A stretch of DNA of 63,756 bases, filler included, from Rhabdomonas costata (lineage: Eukaryota), in assembly GCA_019059605.1 (NCBI GenBank). It is 44 parts of 44 records of this genome, joined end to end, with 100 filler letters (N's around TTAATTAATTAA, not from the genome) between each part and the next. Parts side by side here need not be neighbours in the genome. Positions count along the whole stretch, not along the records: positions 37,749 to 39,098 come from JAHMHO010018518.1; positions 39,199 to 40,549 come from JAHMHO010018519.1; positions 40,650 to 41,999 come from JAHMHO010018520.1; positions 42,100 to 43,450 come from JAHMHO010018521.1; positions 43,551 to 44,901 come from JAHMHO010018522.1; positions 45,002 to 46,351 come from JAHMHO010018523.1; positions 46,452 to 47,802 come from JAHMHO010018524.1; positions 47,903 to 49,255 come from JAHMHO010018525.1; 36 more parts are not named here. One strand, written 5' to 3'. Positions within the stretch are counted from its first letter, which is position 1. Every line of letters starts with the position of its first letter. Both the position numbers and the translations under genes were made by a program. The notes under the pieces were generated by a model. The model did no database searches and had not been told where the DNA came from. It worked only from the letters and a program-made list of their open reading frames with translations. Shown here piece by piece: positions 38,601-51,007 of this stretch.

Positions 38601-40320
38601 GGCTGAAGCGTCGGAAGGGGCTTCTGTGCCAGCCTCTCTGTAGTCGAGTCCAGGGAATGCTGCCCTGGAGGTGAAGGGCAGGGGTTTGCTAACGCATGCT
38701 GTGCTCCTGGTGCTACTGGTGGTGGTGCCCTTCGACCGCGTCACAAGATGTGAATTGAGTAATGTTTGTGTGTGTGCCCATGGCTGCCAAGCTGTGCGGA
38801 AGGCGGACCTTTATCGGGAATCGGACATATTACTTCGCTTTCTCTCCGCTTCGGCCGACAGCCTTGTTATTAAGTTTTAGTTGATGTGCGCACTTGGTTG
38901 ATTTGCGACCACTCTGGTTGTTTTGCTGTGCAAGTCCACACGTTCGGCGTTGCTTTGGAAAAGGAGAGGATGGTGTTTAGAAGTCCGTTGCAGACAACCC
39001 CATCCTCAAGGGGCTCGTGCTGGGATACTGGGTATGCAAGTTTGCACCCAATGTCAGAAGGGCTCAATAGAGCGTTTTTTACCTGCCACCCAACACAANN
39101 NNNNNNNNNNNNNNNNNNNNNNNNNNNNNNNNNNNNNNNNNNTTAATTAATTAANNNNNNNNNNNNNNNNNNNNNNNNNNNNNNNNNNNNNNNNNNNNGT
39201 GTTGTTGGGTGATCTCCCCCGGGCGTTCCCTAGCTTGGAGGCGTGGAGCCGTCGTTACTCAAACAACGCCGTCGCCGTCATCCTCGATGTGGTGGGCGTG
39301 CACAAACATTGCGGCATGCGTATTGCTCCCTGTCCAAGTATTGCATCAAGTCGACGGGCTGATGCCTGGAGATGATACTAGGAATGCACAACAGGTGCAT
39401 CTGCCGCTCACAACAGAGTACACTTTCTCTCGCTGAGCGATCGGAAAATGCAGCAGGATTCGTGCACGTGACTGTTGGGAGAGCCGAGCGATCACTGTGC
39501 CGCTGTGCTGCGGAAATTATGCCCATAGGATTCTTCGCTGAGGAGACTCTCGCATCAGACTGTGGAGCGCTTCGCTCCTATTAGAGGTGGGCAGCTCGTG
39601 TTGTTGCCACTGCTTTACAGTACGGCTGTTTCCGACCACAACTGAACAACTGCAGTCAACACACAAACACATTTCACTCTATCTCACTCCACACAAATTC
39701 CAGCAATCATTTATGTTTTTGTTGCCACCTTTTTGCCTTCTCGCTTCGCTCTCCCACATTCCCAAGGACACAATGGAAGCGGCTATTTTCCAACCCTGAC
39801 TCCTGATTCTCTCCGGCTTTGGCGGGGGATCCTCGCGTCCCTGACCACCTCCAGCCCTTTGTGCGTTTGCTGGAGCCCTTCGGAACCTTCACCCTGAGGC
39901 AGGGGGTTCAGCAACGGGGCAACCCAGACCTGGATCACTAATCACCGTGCTTTGCTGACCAAATGGCTCAAAATGCTCGAGTTCCAGACGAGGGTGGTCG
40001 CTACGGTGACTAGGGCAGACGAGGGTAGTCGCCAAGCGCCCCATCTCCTTCATTCTACGACGGGTGTTTCCCCGGACGACGAATTTCCGGGTGGACCTGA
40101 CGGTACAGCAGACAACAGGGAGCTGGCGAGACTGTCGTAACTTGCTTTTAACTCGGAGCGTAAGGTCGGAAGAAGCTGCTCCTTCACCACCTTCTCCAAG
40201 TTGGTTAGGGCACCCGCAAAGCCGGAGGGTGTGCCCAAGTTTAAGGGCTGGGCGCGTGCAATGTCGTAGGCCGCAACCGCAGAGCGGAAGCTGGGACGCT
40301 GGTTCCCCAGCACCTCCTGC

Positions 40321-40473
40321 CCTTGGTCGCCCCCCCCCCGCGGACGCTTCATCCAGCGGGACGGCCGCACCTTCTACGTCTCCGCCTCGGGACGGCAGTT
40401 CGGCATCGCCGCCCCACCTCCCTATGTCTGTCGCCGCTGCCAGCAGTCTCACTGCTCGTGGACACCCTGTCCG
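40321..40473 (+). pseudogene. Gag-like zinc-knuckle relic
   Basis: Frame 1 (not in ORF track): RFIQRDGRTFYVSASGRQFGIAAPPPYVCRRCQQSHCSWTPCP (Cx2Cx3Hx5C); upstream frame is interrupted by stops. Confidence 0.4.
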
Positions 40474-40649
40474 ACACAACCCAGGCCAACAGTACTATCA
40501 AAACTCTACCCCGGGAGGCTCTACTCCGGCCTACGGTCCCCCGCAGCGCNNNNNNNNNNNNNNNNNNNNNNNNNNNNNNNNNNNNNNNNNNNNTTAATTA
40601 ATTAANNNNNNNNNNNNNNNNNNNNNNNNNNNNNNNNNNNNNNNNNNNN

Positions 40650-41999
40650 GTGGGGGGGTGGTGCGCGCGCGTTCAGGGAAGGATTCGGAAAAGAGCTCCG
40701 GACGACGCAAGGCTTCTCAAGTATGTCGACTTCGGCACTGCCGCCGTCTTCTCGGACGCGATGGGCTATGCCAGAGACTCCGTTGTGCGCGGCCCTGACG
40801 AAGAGCTAAATGCTATGTCCCTGGAGTGGGCAAGCAAGGAGCTTCAGCCCCACTGGGCTTACGCTACCCATCCTGTCCCCCAAAGTCCAAAGGCTCGACT
40901 GTGGAACGGAGAGGTTCGGGATACTGGCCACGAGGGTTGGACCCTGGCGACTTTTCTGAACTGTCCCCAGGCTCGAGCTGCAGGTTTGGCCTCAGTGCAC
41001 GTCGCCGCGCTGCGCCTATACACAGGGCCTGGGTTCGTTTACATCAACGCCGATCTGAGAGAGCTTCGAGGAGCCTTTCCCATCACCGTGAGGGTTTGCA
41101 TGAGTGCCATCACGATGCTCGCGACTGCGGCTGCGGCTGCAGGCAGCATCCCTGCAGTGTTTCTGCGGGGACTCAAGGGGGCCCTGGAGCAGCAGTTTGT
41201 GGACGCCTACCGGTTGTTGCATCAGTCTCCTGCAGGCGAAGGGGAGATGGATCGTTTTCTGTTCGGGCATGCTTTATGTGACCTTGCCCTGACCTCCACT
41301 ACCGCTGACGTGAAGGTTGCCGCGGAATCTTTTGGGGGGAACATTCTCCTGGTCATTACTCCGCTGCCCCTGTCCTATGGTGGTGCTCTTGGCCTTCGCG
41401 GGCTGCCCTGCGGGGCGGAGGTGGGGTGGGTCTCTCAGTACCCCCAGGAGGCGGAGTGGTTGTTCCCCTGTGGCACCATGTTCTACCCGGTGCCCCGCTC
41501 CGAGCGTCTGCCCGCTCTCCCTTTTGCGCCGCCTCCCGAAAAGCTGGTCCTGCAGCTCTACGCCTGCGCACCGGAACTGAAGCAGCACCCCAAGCATCCT
41601 CACGCGTACTACCTCGCGGAGGAAAGCCAGAGGGCTGCGGAGCGCTTCACCACTGCCAGGTTTTGCCTCAAGCACAACCTCTCCCTCACCGTCTTCGCGG
41701 GGCTGTCGAACATTGTCCCAGACACCCTCTGCGGCAAGGTCGGCATTGAGCACGACAAGGTTGTGTACATCTTCTCCCCCTTATCGATCCTGCGGCGCCC
41801 AGAGGGATCACCACCTGTCGTTCTATGCGGAGCCATGGCGCCTCTGCTGATGCGGTTCTACGAATGTGTCGTGGAGCTGAGCGCTGCCCAGGGCCGTCCT
41901 CTCCCGAGTCACCCCAAAACCTGTATCGAGCTGTTCCGCGGGATGTGGCTGGCTTTGCCCCAAAACAAAGGCTTGGACCAAAAGGCCTTCCAGGAAGCT
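40650..41999 (+). CDS. Mono-ADP-ribosyltransferase (R-S-E class) domain protein; partial, intronless across the whole contig
   Basis: ALRLYTG..F..IN..LR, FLRGL (R at 41166), LTSTT (S at 41295), WVSQYPQEAEWLFP (E-x-E at 41448-41456). Confidence 0.85.
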
Positions 42000-44900
42000 N
42001 NNNNNNNNNNNNNNNNNNNNNNNNNNNNNNNNNNNNNNNNNNNTTAATTAATTAANNNNNNNNNNNNNNNNNNNNNNNNNNNNNNNNNNNNNNNNNNNNT
42101 TGGGTCAGCGGGAAGTCTTATGGTTCAAAGGAAGCGACAGGACGGTAGTATGTTGATAGGGGTGGTGCGAAGAGTAGGTGTGTGTGTGAGTGAAGGAAAA
42201 GGATGGAAGAAATGTTAAACACAGTAAATTCCTCACCAACAAACTGGCCCCCAGCGCACGCTCTGCCACAGAAAAGTTGGACGAAAGCGGTAAAAAGGGA
42301 CGCTCACGCTCGACAAACGCTCGAACGGTTGCAAGGGTATCCCCCTCAGCGCGGATGGAAGAAAATGAGAGAGATCTATCGGTTCAACGGCAAAACTGAG
42401 CCGTGGTGTGTGTTGCGGGGAGGGGTATGTTGTCGGAGCACTCGCCAAGAATACGAACTGTGTAACTTGGGTCAAATCATTCATGGCCCAAAAGAAAAGA
42501 AAATTCCACAGATACTGAAGAAGGGAGGTGATGACCTGGAAGTGCCATGGAAGTGGCCAATTCCACCAAATTACCAGACAGAGAGCGGGCAGCGGGTGTG
42601 AGGGGAGGGGTATACTAACATGGGCACAGGAAACCTCTGAGGTAACCAGAGATTCACACAGTTGCGCTGGTACACCAGAAGACGTGAACTTCGGGGTTGT
42701 GTGTATATGTGCGGTGCGAGCTGGGAGGAGGGAGGATGACATTACTGCGGTGGTAAGGGATCGCAAGCAGTGAAACGCGAAGGTGAGCTGCCTTGCACCG
42801 CAACGCAGGCACAAAAAGTGCAGCACACCCCGTATAATCAGCAGTCGCACAATTGGGCGGGGACCGCAAGACAACCGCACCAAACATGGGCGGTTGCTTG
42901 AGGTACTGTGGGCGGGCTCCTGTGGTGCTGTGCCACAGCAATGACGGCAAACGGCACAACGGCACAGCAATGACGGCGAGCTTTCCAATTTGATGATTTT
43001 CGGAGACGCCAGCTCGACTGTACCGAGAGAGCCATCACCTGGCATAGCCACAAGAAAGGGCAGGACAAGACGGGCACACAATCCCACTCGCCAAGTGAGC
43101 AGGAAGGTGCAAGAAAAGAAGGAGGGGATGCTAACACCTTTAAAAACAAGGCGAAGAAAAAGGACAGCTGCCACACTACCAAGGATGAACGAGGGAAAAC
43201 GGCCTCTTCCTCCTCAACCTCCACAAAAAGTCAAGCCAAAGACCTTCGTGCCCACACAAGTATGGCACAAAAGCCCACCTGACTCCTTTGCATTTGGAGA
43301 CGAAGAAGGTATTCTTTGCGAAGAGAGAGAGACATTATTTACAGAGTACAGTGGAACGTGAAGCGGGTGCATAAGGTTAGAGAGAAAAGTGTGTGAAGAA
43401 TATAGCCGTATAAGGTGTCTGTATACGGCTATATTCTTCACACACCACACNNNNNNNNNNNNNNNNNNNNNNNNNNNNNNNNNNNNNNNNNNNNTTAATT
43501 AATTAANNNNNNNNNNNNNNNNNNNNNNNNNNNNNNNNNNNNNNNNNNNNTTGTGGGGTAACGCATGTGCAAAGGCGGGAGAGTGGATCAATCAGAAGAA
43601 ATGGTACAAGACACAGGTCACCCCTTCCCCACCTTACAAGCTCCTGCTACTACTCTCAGTCACCGTTTCAATGCGGGAGCATCTACTCAGTTTACCCGCC
43701 TTTGCACATGCGTTACCGCACATATGCTGAACACTCCGGAACGCCGCCGCTGCCATCATATCCTTGAGGCAAGCGAAAAAATACTGCAGAAAGTTTTCCT
43801 GAACGGATACCGAATGTCGTCGTCAATCTCCAGATCCATGGAAACAGATAATGCACAGAACACAGGTGTGCAGGGGGCCTGCGGGAAAGAAGCGATTTCT
43901 GTTCACTTGTGTGCGCAGGAACATGTGGGCAAAAAATCGATCACAAGAATTTATTTAGCGATAAAGCTGAGGCATTCTGTTGCGAAGCCGCCTGTAAGTG
44001 AAAACGTTAGGGTTGAGATTTGCTCTTTGGCGGTCGAAAAAACGATATATGCGGTGGAACCTCGACAACAGCTGAACAACGGTACCTGACCAAGCAGACC
44101 ACCAGAGACTGACGTGACTTCTGCATATTGCAGTAACGTTGGAGCTGCAGACCTGGCCTTTGCAATGGCCGCGGCGGCCAGCACGCAGTGCACGGCGCCC
44201 AAGCCTGGGTCACCCAGGCGCAGCACCGGAAGTACAAAGACCACCCCCGCGAAGCTCTGGTGGTCGTTCAGCTGTTGCACCACGGCGAAGACTTCCTTTC
44301 AATCCGAAAAGGGAAAACGGGAAAAAACCGTGGAACTCCAAGAGCACTGAGCATTTACTCGAGGCTTTGGCTCATCTGTTCCCATCCATGGTCCTTTCGT
44401 AGTCCCTGTTTCATGCAACAGGGAGATCTTGGTAGTCCCTGTTCCATTTTCGGGGGGGGGTACCATATATCTCCACGGACCATGGAGCCTCTCCATCCAT
44501 CTCCATTCACCATGGAGCCAATGGAGCCCATAAAGCAGGGCAGGGACATATAGACCAAAAAAAAATGCAATACAACATTTTTGAGGAGGGGTCGAAGATG
44601 CAAACTTTGCAGTTTGTACTTTTTTATCCCCCTGCATAAAACCCATGTGACGAGGGCAGTTCATCGTTGCAAGCAGGCTAAAACATGTATATAACATGGA
44701 CCGCCCTGGCACCTCAGCGCTGAAGAGCAAAGGTAAAAGAAACCAAATCACCACTCAAATGTAGGGGGCGTACATCCAGGGAAGGCTCCGGCTGAGTGGG
44801 CTGGGGAAGCGCCTCGGTGGGTGCCCCTGCCGAGGGCACTGGTCCTTCGCCAGTCTCGGCCGAGGCCTCATCGGGCTCCTCCTCCCCACTGTCCTCACCC

Positions 44901-45001
44901 CNNNNNNNNNNNNNNNNNNNNNNNNNNNNNNNNNNNNNNNNNNNNTTAATTAATTAANNNNNNNNNNNNNNNNNNNNNNNNNNNNNNNNNNNNNNNNNNN
45001 N

Positions 45002-45830
45002 GGTGTTTGTGAAGGTCGACTTGGCCAACGCCTACAACTCCATTGACCGTACCGCCTGTCTTTCTGAACTTCGAAGCCGGTGCCCAGAACTTTTGCCTTG
45101 GGCAAAGTGGTGTTTGTGTGGCCCCAGCGAAGTCTACTTTGGACACCAAGTGATCGAATGCCAGACAGGGGTGCAGCAGGGCGACCCCCTAGCCCCTCTG
45201 CTGTTCTCCATGGGGCTGCAAGGCGCTCTTGAATCTTTGGATACCTCTGAAGGTCTGAACCACACGTGGTACCTCGATGATGGTGGGATGCGTGGTTGCG
45301 TGGCGGCTGTGAGCAAAGCCTTTGACACTCTGCAGAGTCAACTACTGACTCGGGGCTTGCGCATCAACACGGGGAAGTGCGAGTTGTACACGTTCGGCTG
45401 CCCCCATCTGCAAGGCACCCTTGCTGAGGTCCCGATCCCGATCGAAACCAACCGGCACAAGTGGTCCTACCTGGGTGCTCCGCTCCGCGAGCAATGATTG
45501 CAGCAGTGGTGGGCACCCTCCGCCGCATCGAGGCCGTGAACCATGGGGTCCGGCAACGTGCATCCGCCTACCTGTCGCAGGCACTGCAAAAATCCTGCGG
45601 TCCTGCACTGGTGCTTGCCGTATTGAGTTCTTGCTCCAGACCTAGCCATCCTTCTCGATGGTGCTCGAGCTTGCTACCCTTTGTGAGTCAGGGCTTCAAC
45701 CAGACCTTTCTGCCATACTGGGAGTGGAGCAGCTACCAGATTCGGTTTGGAAGCTTGCGACCGTTCCCCTGCGACTCGGGGGTCTCGGCCTTTTCAGTTT
45801 GCGGCGCGTCTGGCCAGCCTTGTTTCAGCG
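45002..45830 (+). mobile_element. Frameshifted non-LTR retrotransposon RT (CRE-like)
   Basis: KVDLANAYNSIDR, TGVQQGDPLAPLLF, WYLDDG, GLRINTGKCE, YLGAP; continues in other frames as LRSC..CRIEFLL and WKLATVPLRLGGLGL. Confidence 0.9.
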
Positions 45831-46878
45831 TCCGAAATCTCGGATGAGAATTTTTGCTCCGGTTCGGACCTTCCCAAATCACTCCAACCACACCAGCCCA
45901 TGACACTGACTCTGTGCACATTTCACGCCACCTACTCCCTCACTCACCAAAGTTATTCCATATATCACATATACCATTTTGCCCCCTCCTCACATGTATT
46001 CCTTGGCGCCCTTCATTGTTTCAAGTGTTCAAACTTTTTTCCATCTGCGCTGTTTTCTTTTCTTTTCTTGTCGTAAAATCTGTCTGTTTGGTGACAAAAA
46101 ACGTTTCGACCTAAACACAAGGATCTTCTGACAGACGACATAACTGTGTCGCTGTAGTTCCAATGAACAATGCTGATGACGTATTTTTTCTTTTGTTGGA
46201 GGGAGTGTTTGGAAAGAAGGAAAAGAAATGGGGTCACACAATGTTCAGGGTCGGGGCAAAAACAAATGCAAAATATTAAGCCGAAACAACGAAGATTACT
46301 GAGTGTAATCATTTTTTCGATCCCCACCACACCCCCAAACACACCCACCACNNNNNNNNNNNNNNNNNNNNNNNNNNNNNNNNNNNNNNNNNNNNTTAAT
46401 TAATTAANNNNNNNNNNNNNNNNNNNNNNNNNNNNNNNNNNNNNNNNNNNNGTTTTGTTTGTTCCTCCCGCCTCAAGCGTTTGGCTTCTATCTCAATTTG
46501 AGCATTGTATGCCTGTTCATGTCCTTTCCTTCGTTGTGTCTCTTGTGTAGCCGATAGGGTGCCTAGACCAGGCTGAAGCGGAAAAATGGACGTGAACAAG
46601 CAACAACCTGCGCACAACAGCAAGAAGCCATCGGAGACAGTCACTTGCTTTCTCCTTTTTCTCGTTTTGCTGTATAACAAACTTAAACTGGTTGGTACCT
46701 TTCTGGTATCTCTGATCATCGATGGAGTGTCTCTATTTTGGTCAGAAGGAAAAAGATGGACCTGGGTGGAGCGAGCGGATCGGCGCCTTGTTGGCAGGCC
46801 AGACTTACTATCCTGCATGCCTGCGGTGCAGTCGTTTCGCGCAGCGGAGTTCATATGCTTTTGTGATTGCCTCTCAGG

Positions 46879-47022
46879 AGCAACCTCAGGTGGACCTTCC
46901 GCAGCCGGATGAGCTCAACCTCAACGACAACACAGCGATGCAGACCGACGTGCAGTTCGGCTCCGAGTCCGGAGACTCCAAAGACGAGAAGGACGATGAC
47001 GACGAGGAAGGCAAAGACAAAG
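46879..47022 (+). CDS. Acidic exon of an unknown protein
   Basis: CAG|EQPQVDLPQPDELNLNDN...DEKDDDDEEGKDK|GT. Confidence 0.45.
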
Positions 47023-47600
47023 GTGTGGGAGGGGGTTTGCTGGCAAATATAAGTCAGAAGTTGTTACGGCACTTTTAGCGACTTTTTACCCACTGACGGT
47101 GAGCCGTCAGCCATGATCCACTCGTAGAGCTGAGGCGCGAATGCAAAGAAAAGGGTAAAGTGGAAGGTGAGGAAGGGTGGGTCACGTTAATTTAAGACAT
47201 TGAGAAAAATCTGCTTCTATGGCGCAGGTCCTTGCGCTGCATCGACCTTGCTTTCCTTTCCTTTTGAAAATAGTTTTTAAAGACCCAGCATGATTCGGCG
47301 GTTCGAACAGACTTGTTTCAACACTGGTCGCGGGAAACGTTTTGAGTATTACAAACTCTTGGGTGGCAACCCCTGCTATCTAACCCTCCGCAGCACGCAG
47401 CAGAAACTTTACTCGCAGAAATTCCATACCTGTTTCCTTCGCATCCTCTTCGTAGAATGGCCACCAGCTCCACTTCAAAGTCGTACAACTAGCGCGCGCG
47501 CACACACACTTACACACCTGCAGAAAAGCTCAAAGGCTCGTTTCCGCGAGAAAAGGCCCCAAAGAAAGCAAGGAGTGCGGAGTCGCAGTGACTTGAGCAG

Positions 47601-47670
47601 CAATGGAGCAATGCAGGTAGCCGCTGGAAGGAAAGGCAACCAGTCAACCAGTCAACAGCCAGCGCGCAAC
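47601..47670 (+). repeat. Dispersed repeat family A, internally deleted copy
   Basis: CAATGGAGCAATGCAGGTAGCCG(C/G)TGGAA shared with 48897; CAGTCAACCAG.CAACAG shared with 35338. Confidence 0.65.
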
Positions 47671-48896
47671 GCGCCCCAACACACATACACATGTGCACAC
47701 GCAACACTGGAAACACCCACATCATAATTTGCTTTCAGCAACTCAGCAGTGCATGCAACCGTTGCAGTACCGGACGGCAAGGGCATGCCCGGACAACAAA
47801 AANNNNNNNNNNNNNNNNNNNNNNNNNNNNNNNNNNNNNNNNNNNNTTAATTAATTAANNNNNNNNNNNNNNNNNNNNNNNNNNNNNNNNNNNNNNNNNN
47901 NNGGGTTTCGGGAAAGTTCTTGTGGGGTGCAGCGGGGCGGCTAGCGCGGCGGCGGTGAGGGAGTTCGCGGCGGCTAACCTGGACTCCGCTGCTGCGGTGG
48001 GCAGCGCGGAAGGCATGCTGGAGGTGCTGTGGGCCCAGGGCACAGGAAGCTCCAGCGAAAGCTCTGAGGCTCAGGCGTGTGTGAGTGTGGGTGATTGAGA
48101 GCTAGAGTAGCCAGCCATCCCGAGGTGACGCCACTTCAGTCACTTCAGTCAATTCGGATGGACCTGTTTTTTGTTGGTTTCTTTCCACGGACGGCCTCAC
48201 AGCTGAACGCGTTCGATATAGTGAGGTATTTAATGGCCAGCCAAATGTGGCGGGAGGGCGAGCGCGTATGGCGGTAGTTCCATGAGAGGGGAAGGCAAAC
48301 AAGGTTGGAGCCTAGCTGGTGGTCTTTTGTGTCCCGCACATTGAGTTCTATTTGATGCAGCAATCCCTCCCCCTTCACCCACCTGCTGCCGCACCCCCAA
48401 TCCCAGCCTCTGCTCCAAACGCACTCAAGGATTCTCCAGGGGATGATTCCGAGGAGCTCACCTCAACGCTGCTGAGCACCCTTGTGGCGTGGGCCAACCA
48501 CCACACAGGTGAGATGACACTGTGACGCTTTCTTCTTTTTTTTTCACTTTGTTTGTGTACGTGGCTGGATGCAGGTGGTGACTTCACATCATCCACCTTC
48601 TCGTCGGAAGCACGGTACCTTGGTGGGTCTCTCCAAAGAAGAAGTTTGGCGCAGTAGGAGTGTCTCGACCTTTGGAGCGCCGCGTTAGTCCAACACAGAA
48701 GCGCGGCTGGAAACTTTCGATTTTTTTTTTGGGGAGGGGCTCCTGGGGTAATTGTCTTCGGTTGGCGTTGTCTTGACTTCCGAGATGAGCATCTTGATAT
48801 GTAGACCCGCGGGCAGTTTTTTCTTGCCATTTTGTTCTTCTTTGCTTCTTTTTTCCGCGCTGGGCAGAGGTTGCGGTGGATATCTTTGCGGAGCCA

Positions 48897-49250
48897 CAAT
48901 GGAGCAATGCAGGTAGCCGGTGGAAAAGAGCAGGTGCCCAACAAAGGCTCGAGACCCATGGGGCAGAAGGGAGGTCACCAGAGGTGGAACGTTCGGCGGT
49001 GAGGTGCTGGCACGGCGACGCAGGAGTCGCAGGAGTCGCAGAGACCTGAACAGCAAAGGAGCTAGCCGCTGGAAAAAAGCAGCTGCGCGACAATGGCCCG
49101 GGACCCATGGGGCAATGGGAGGTTACCAGATGTGGAAGGTTTTGCGGTGAGCTGGTTTCGGTTCCCCACGGCACCGTTCGCTCCAACGGCACCTCTCGCG
49201 AGCACCCGTGGCCAACAGCGCGTGCGCCCGTCAATCCAGAGTGGTCACAC
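48897..49250 (+). repeat. Dispersed repeat family A, longest copy
   Basis: Contains both the 5' block shared with 47601 and the core shared with the 9223 and 35232 copies. Confidence 0.85.
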
Positions 49251-49354
49251 AACAANNNNNNNNNNNNNNNNNNNNNNNNNNNNNNNNNNNNNNNNNNNNT
49301 TAATTAATTAANNNNNNNNNNNNNNNNNNNNNNNNNNNNNNNNNNNNNNNNNNN

Positions 49355-49905
49355 NGTTTTGTGGTGCGAGCTCTGGGGGAGGCCTGAGCTTCCAGTACGC
49401 CGGGGTTTTCCCGGGTGGCAACTCCTCGGATGAGACGTCGAGCTTCTCATGGAGCACCTGTGGAGTGGTGATTTCTCTCCCGCAGACGGGGGGCAGCTCG
49501 GGTGGCCCGAGTGTGGTCGCCATCGTGCTTCCTATCGTGGCGGCTTTTATGGTTGGGCTCACGATTTTACTCTGGAAGCTGACGTCGAACTACCGCAAGA
49601 TGAGAAAGCTGCTCTCTGACGAGGTTTGCGTCAACCTTGGGACCCCTAGATATTGTGGCTATTAAACGCTTGAAACTCATTCTGGTCAGTACGGTGGCCC
49701 AGGCCCCTTTTTTTATTCTATACTCTCAGGCTCTCGCCGTGAAGTGTGCCGAGGCCATTGCGGTGCTGCAGTTCGAGGAGCTGGAGTACCTCCGCATGCT
49801 GTCCTCGCCTAACCGAATCCAGCAGGCCTTCATCCGCATCCTGAACATCCTGACTTACGTCAAGAAGCGTGTGCCAGACGCCGTGCTGGTGCAGCTAACT
49901 TGTCA
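49355..49905 (+). CDS. Single-pass membrane protein exons (..49623, 49730-~49905), probably a receptor-type cyclase (TM plus juxtamembrane linker)
   Basis: TM VVAIVLPIVAAFMVGLTILLW, then E|ALAVKCAEAIAVLQFEELEYL..PNRIQQAFIRILNILTYVKKRVP (helical HAMP/S-helix-like linker). Confidence 0.55.
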
Positions 49906-51007
49906 GGCAACTCCCTCGCCCCCCTTTCCCCCATGAACTCCCTTTTTTCATAGGTTTTCCAGGCATCTTTGCTTTCTTCCTCCTGCTTTCCATCCGCGCA
50001 AGGTTGTGTTCAGCGTCCTTTCTTGGCTGTGTCCCCGTTTTCTGGTTCCCACTCGCTGCCTGATCCCCTCAACCTCACCCAAGCACGTGTCCTTCTACCT
50101 TTGGTTTGGGTGACTGGGTCACCCTCTGGGTCTGGGGCGGTATTTTTGTTAACAGTATGTGTGACCTTGTGTTGCAGTCCTAATCTTTCTATTCCCAGTC
50201 GCCTTGCTCCATTACATTACATTCTTGGTGGTCCCAGCACACGCCGCTTTCGCGGTCGCTGCCCCTCCTCTGGTGAAGTAGCCGGATGCGAAAGAGCCCC
50301 CTGGGGTACCACAACGGGCGAGGAATTCCTGACCCCAAGGACCGGCTAGCCGCAACGTTTCTGGAGGCCTGCTGTATTTACAAAATACCCTTCTTCGGCT
50401 TAGCTCGATTCGGTACTTGAATACTACATGAAATCTGTGTCCTCAATTTTCCTTTTTGCTATTCTACTGTGAAGCGGCGTTTTGATATAGTGAGGCAGTC
50501 CACTTGTTATTACCCGGCAACCATCTTTCGTTTCCTTCTCTTGATTCCCCCCCCCCCATCTTTCGCAGCCCTCGATGATCGACAAAGACGACTCCGCCGA
50601 CCTCTACTTCACCCGGCTCGAGGCCCGCACCCTCTCTTCCGCAATGTGTCTGTCTCCAGAGGCTCCCGGAGCTTCCTCTCCCCTCTCTCTTCCCAACCAA
50701 CCAACANNNNNNNNNNNNNNNNNNNNNNNNNNNNNNNNNNNNNNNNNNNNTTAATTAATTAANNNNNNNNNNNNNNNNNNNNNNNNNNNNNNNNNNNNNN
50801 NNNNNNCCAGAGAGGGGAGTTAGGGAAACGACGGCATTTACGGTTACAGCTCAGCAATGTCGTGGTGGTTTCTCGGGAACAAAAACAGCAGAAAAATGAG
50901 CAGCAACCGAAGACTAGCGTGATTAAGGGCACACCTTTTTAAATTTTGGCCCGAGTCCTGCCTATCCGGACTTGTGAAGCATTTTCCCTCCCCTGCCCGG
51001 GGTCCAG

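Noticed and set aside
42233-43174. 313-aa minus-strand ORF as an intact gene
   Set aside because: No recognisable domain, and the only conserved peptide in this region lies in another frame; more likely a decayed element.
30751-45830. RT + recombinase + ADP-ribosyltransferase + ALS read as one retron-like or defence locus
   Set aside because: They lie on separate contigs of near-identical length (apparently size-sorted); only the YR-RT pair is physically linked.
46879-47022. Assigning the acidic exon to midasin
   Set aside because: The resemblance rests on a short DLP..LNL motif within low-complexity acidic sequence, which is insufficient.
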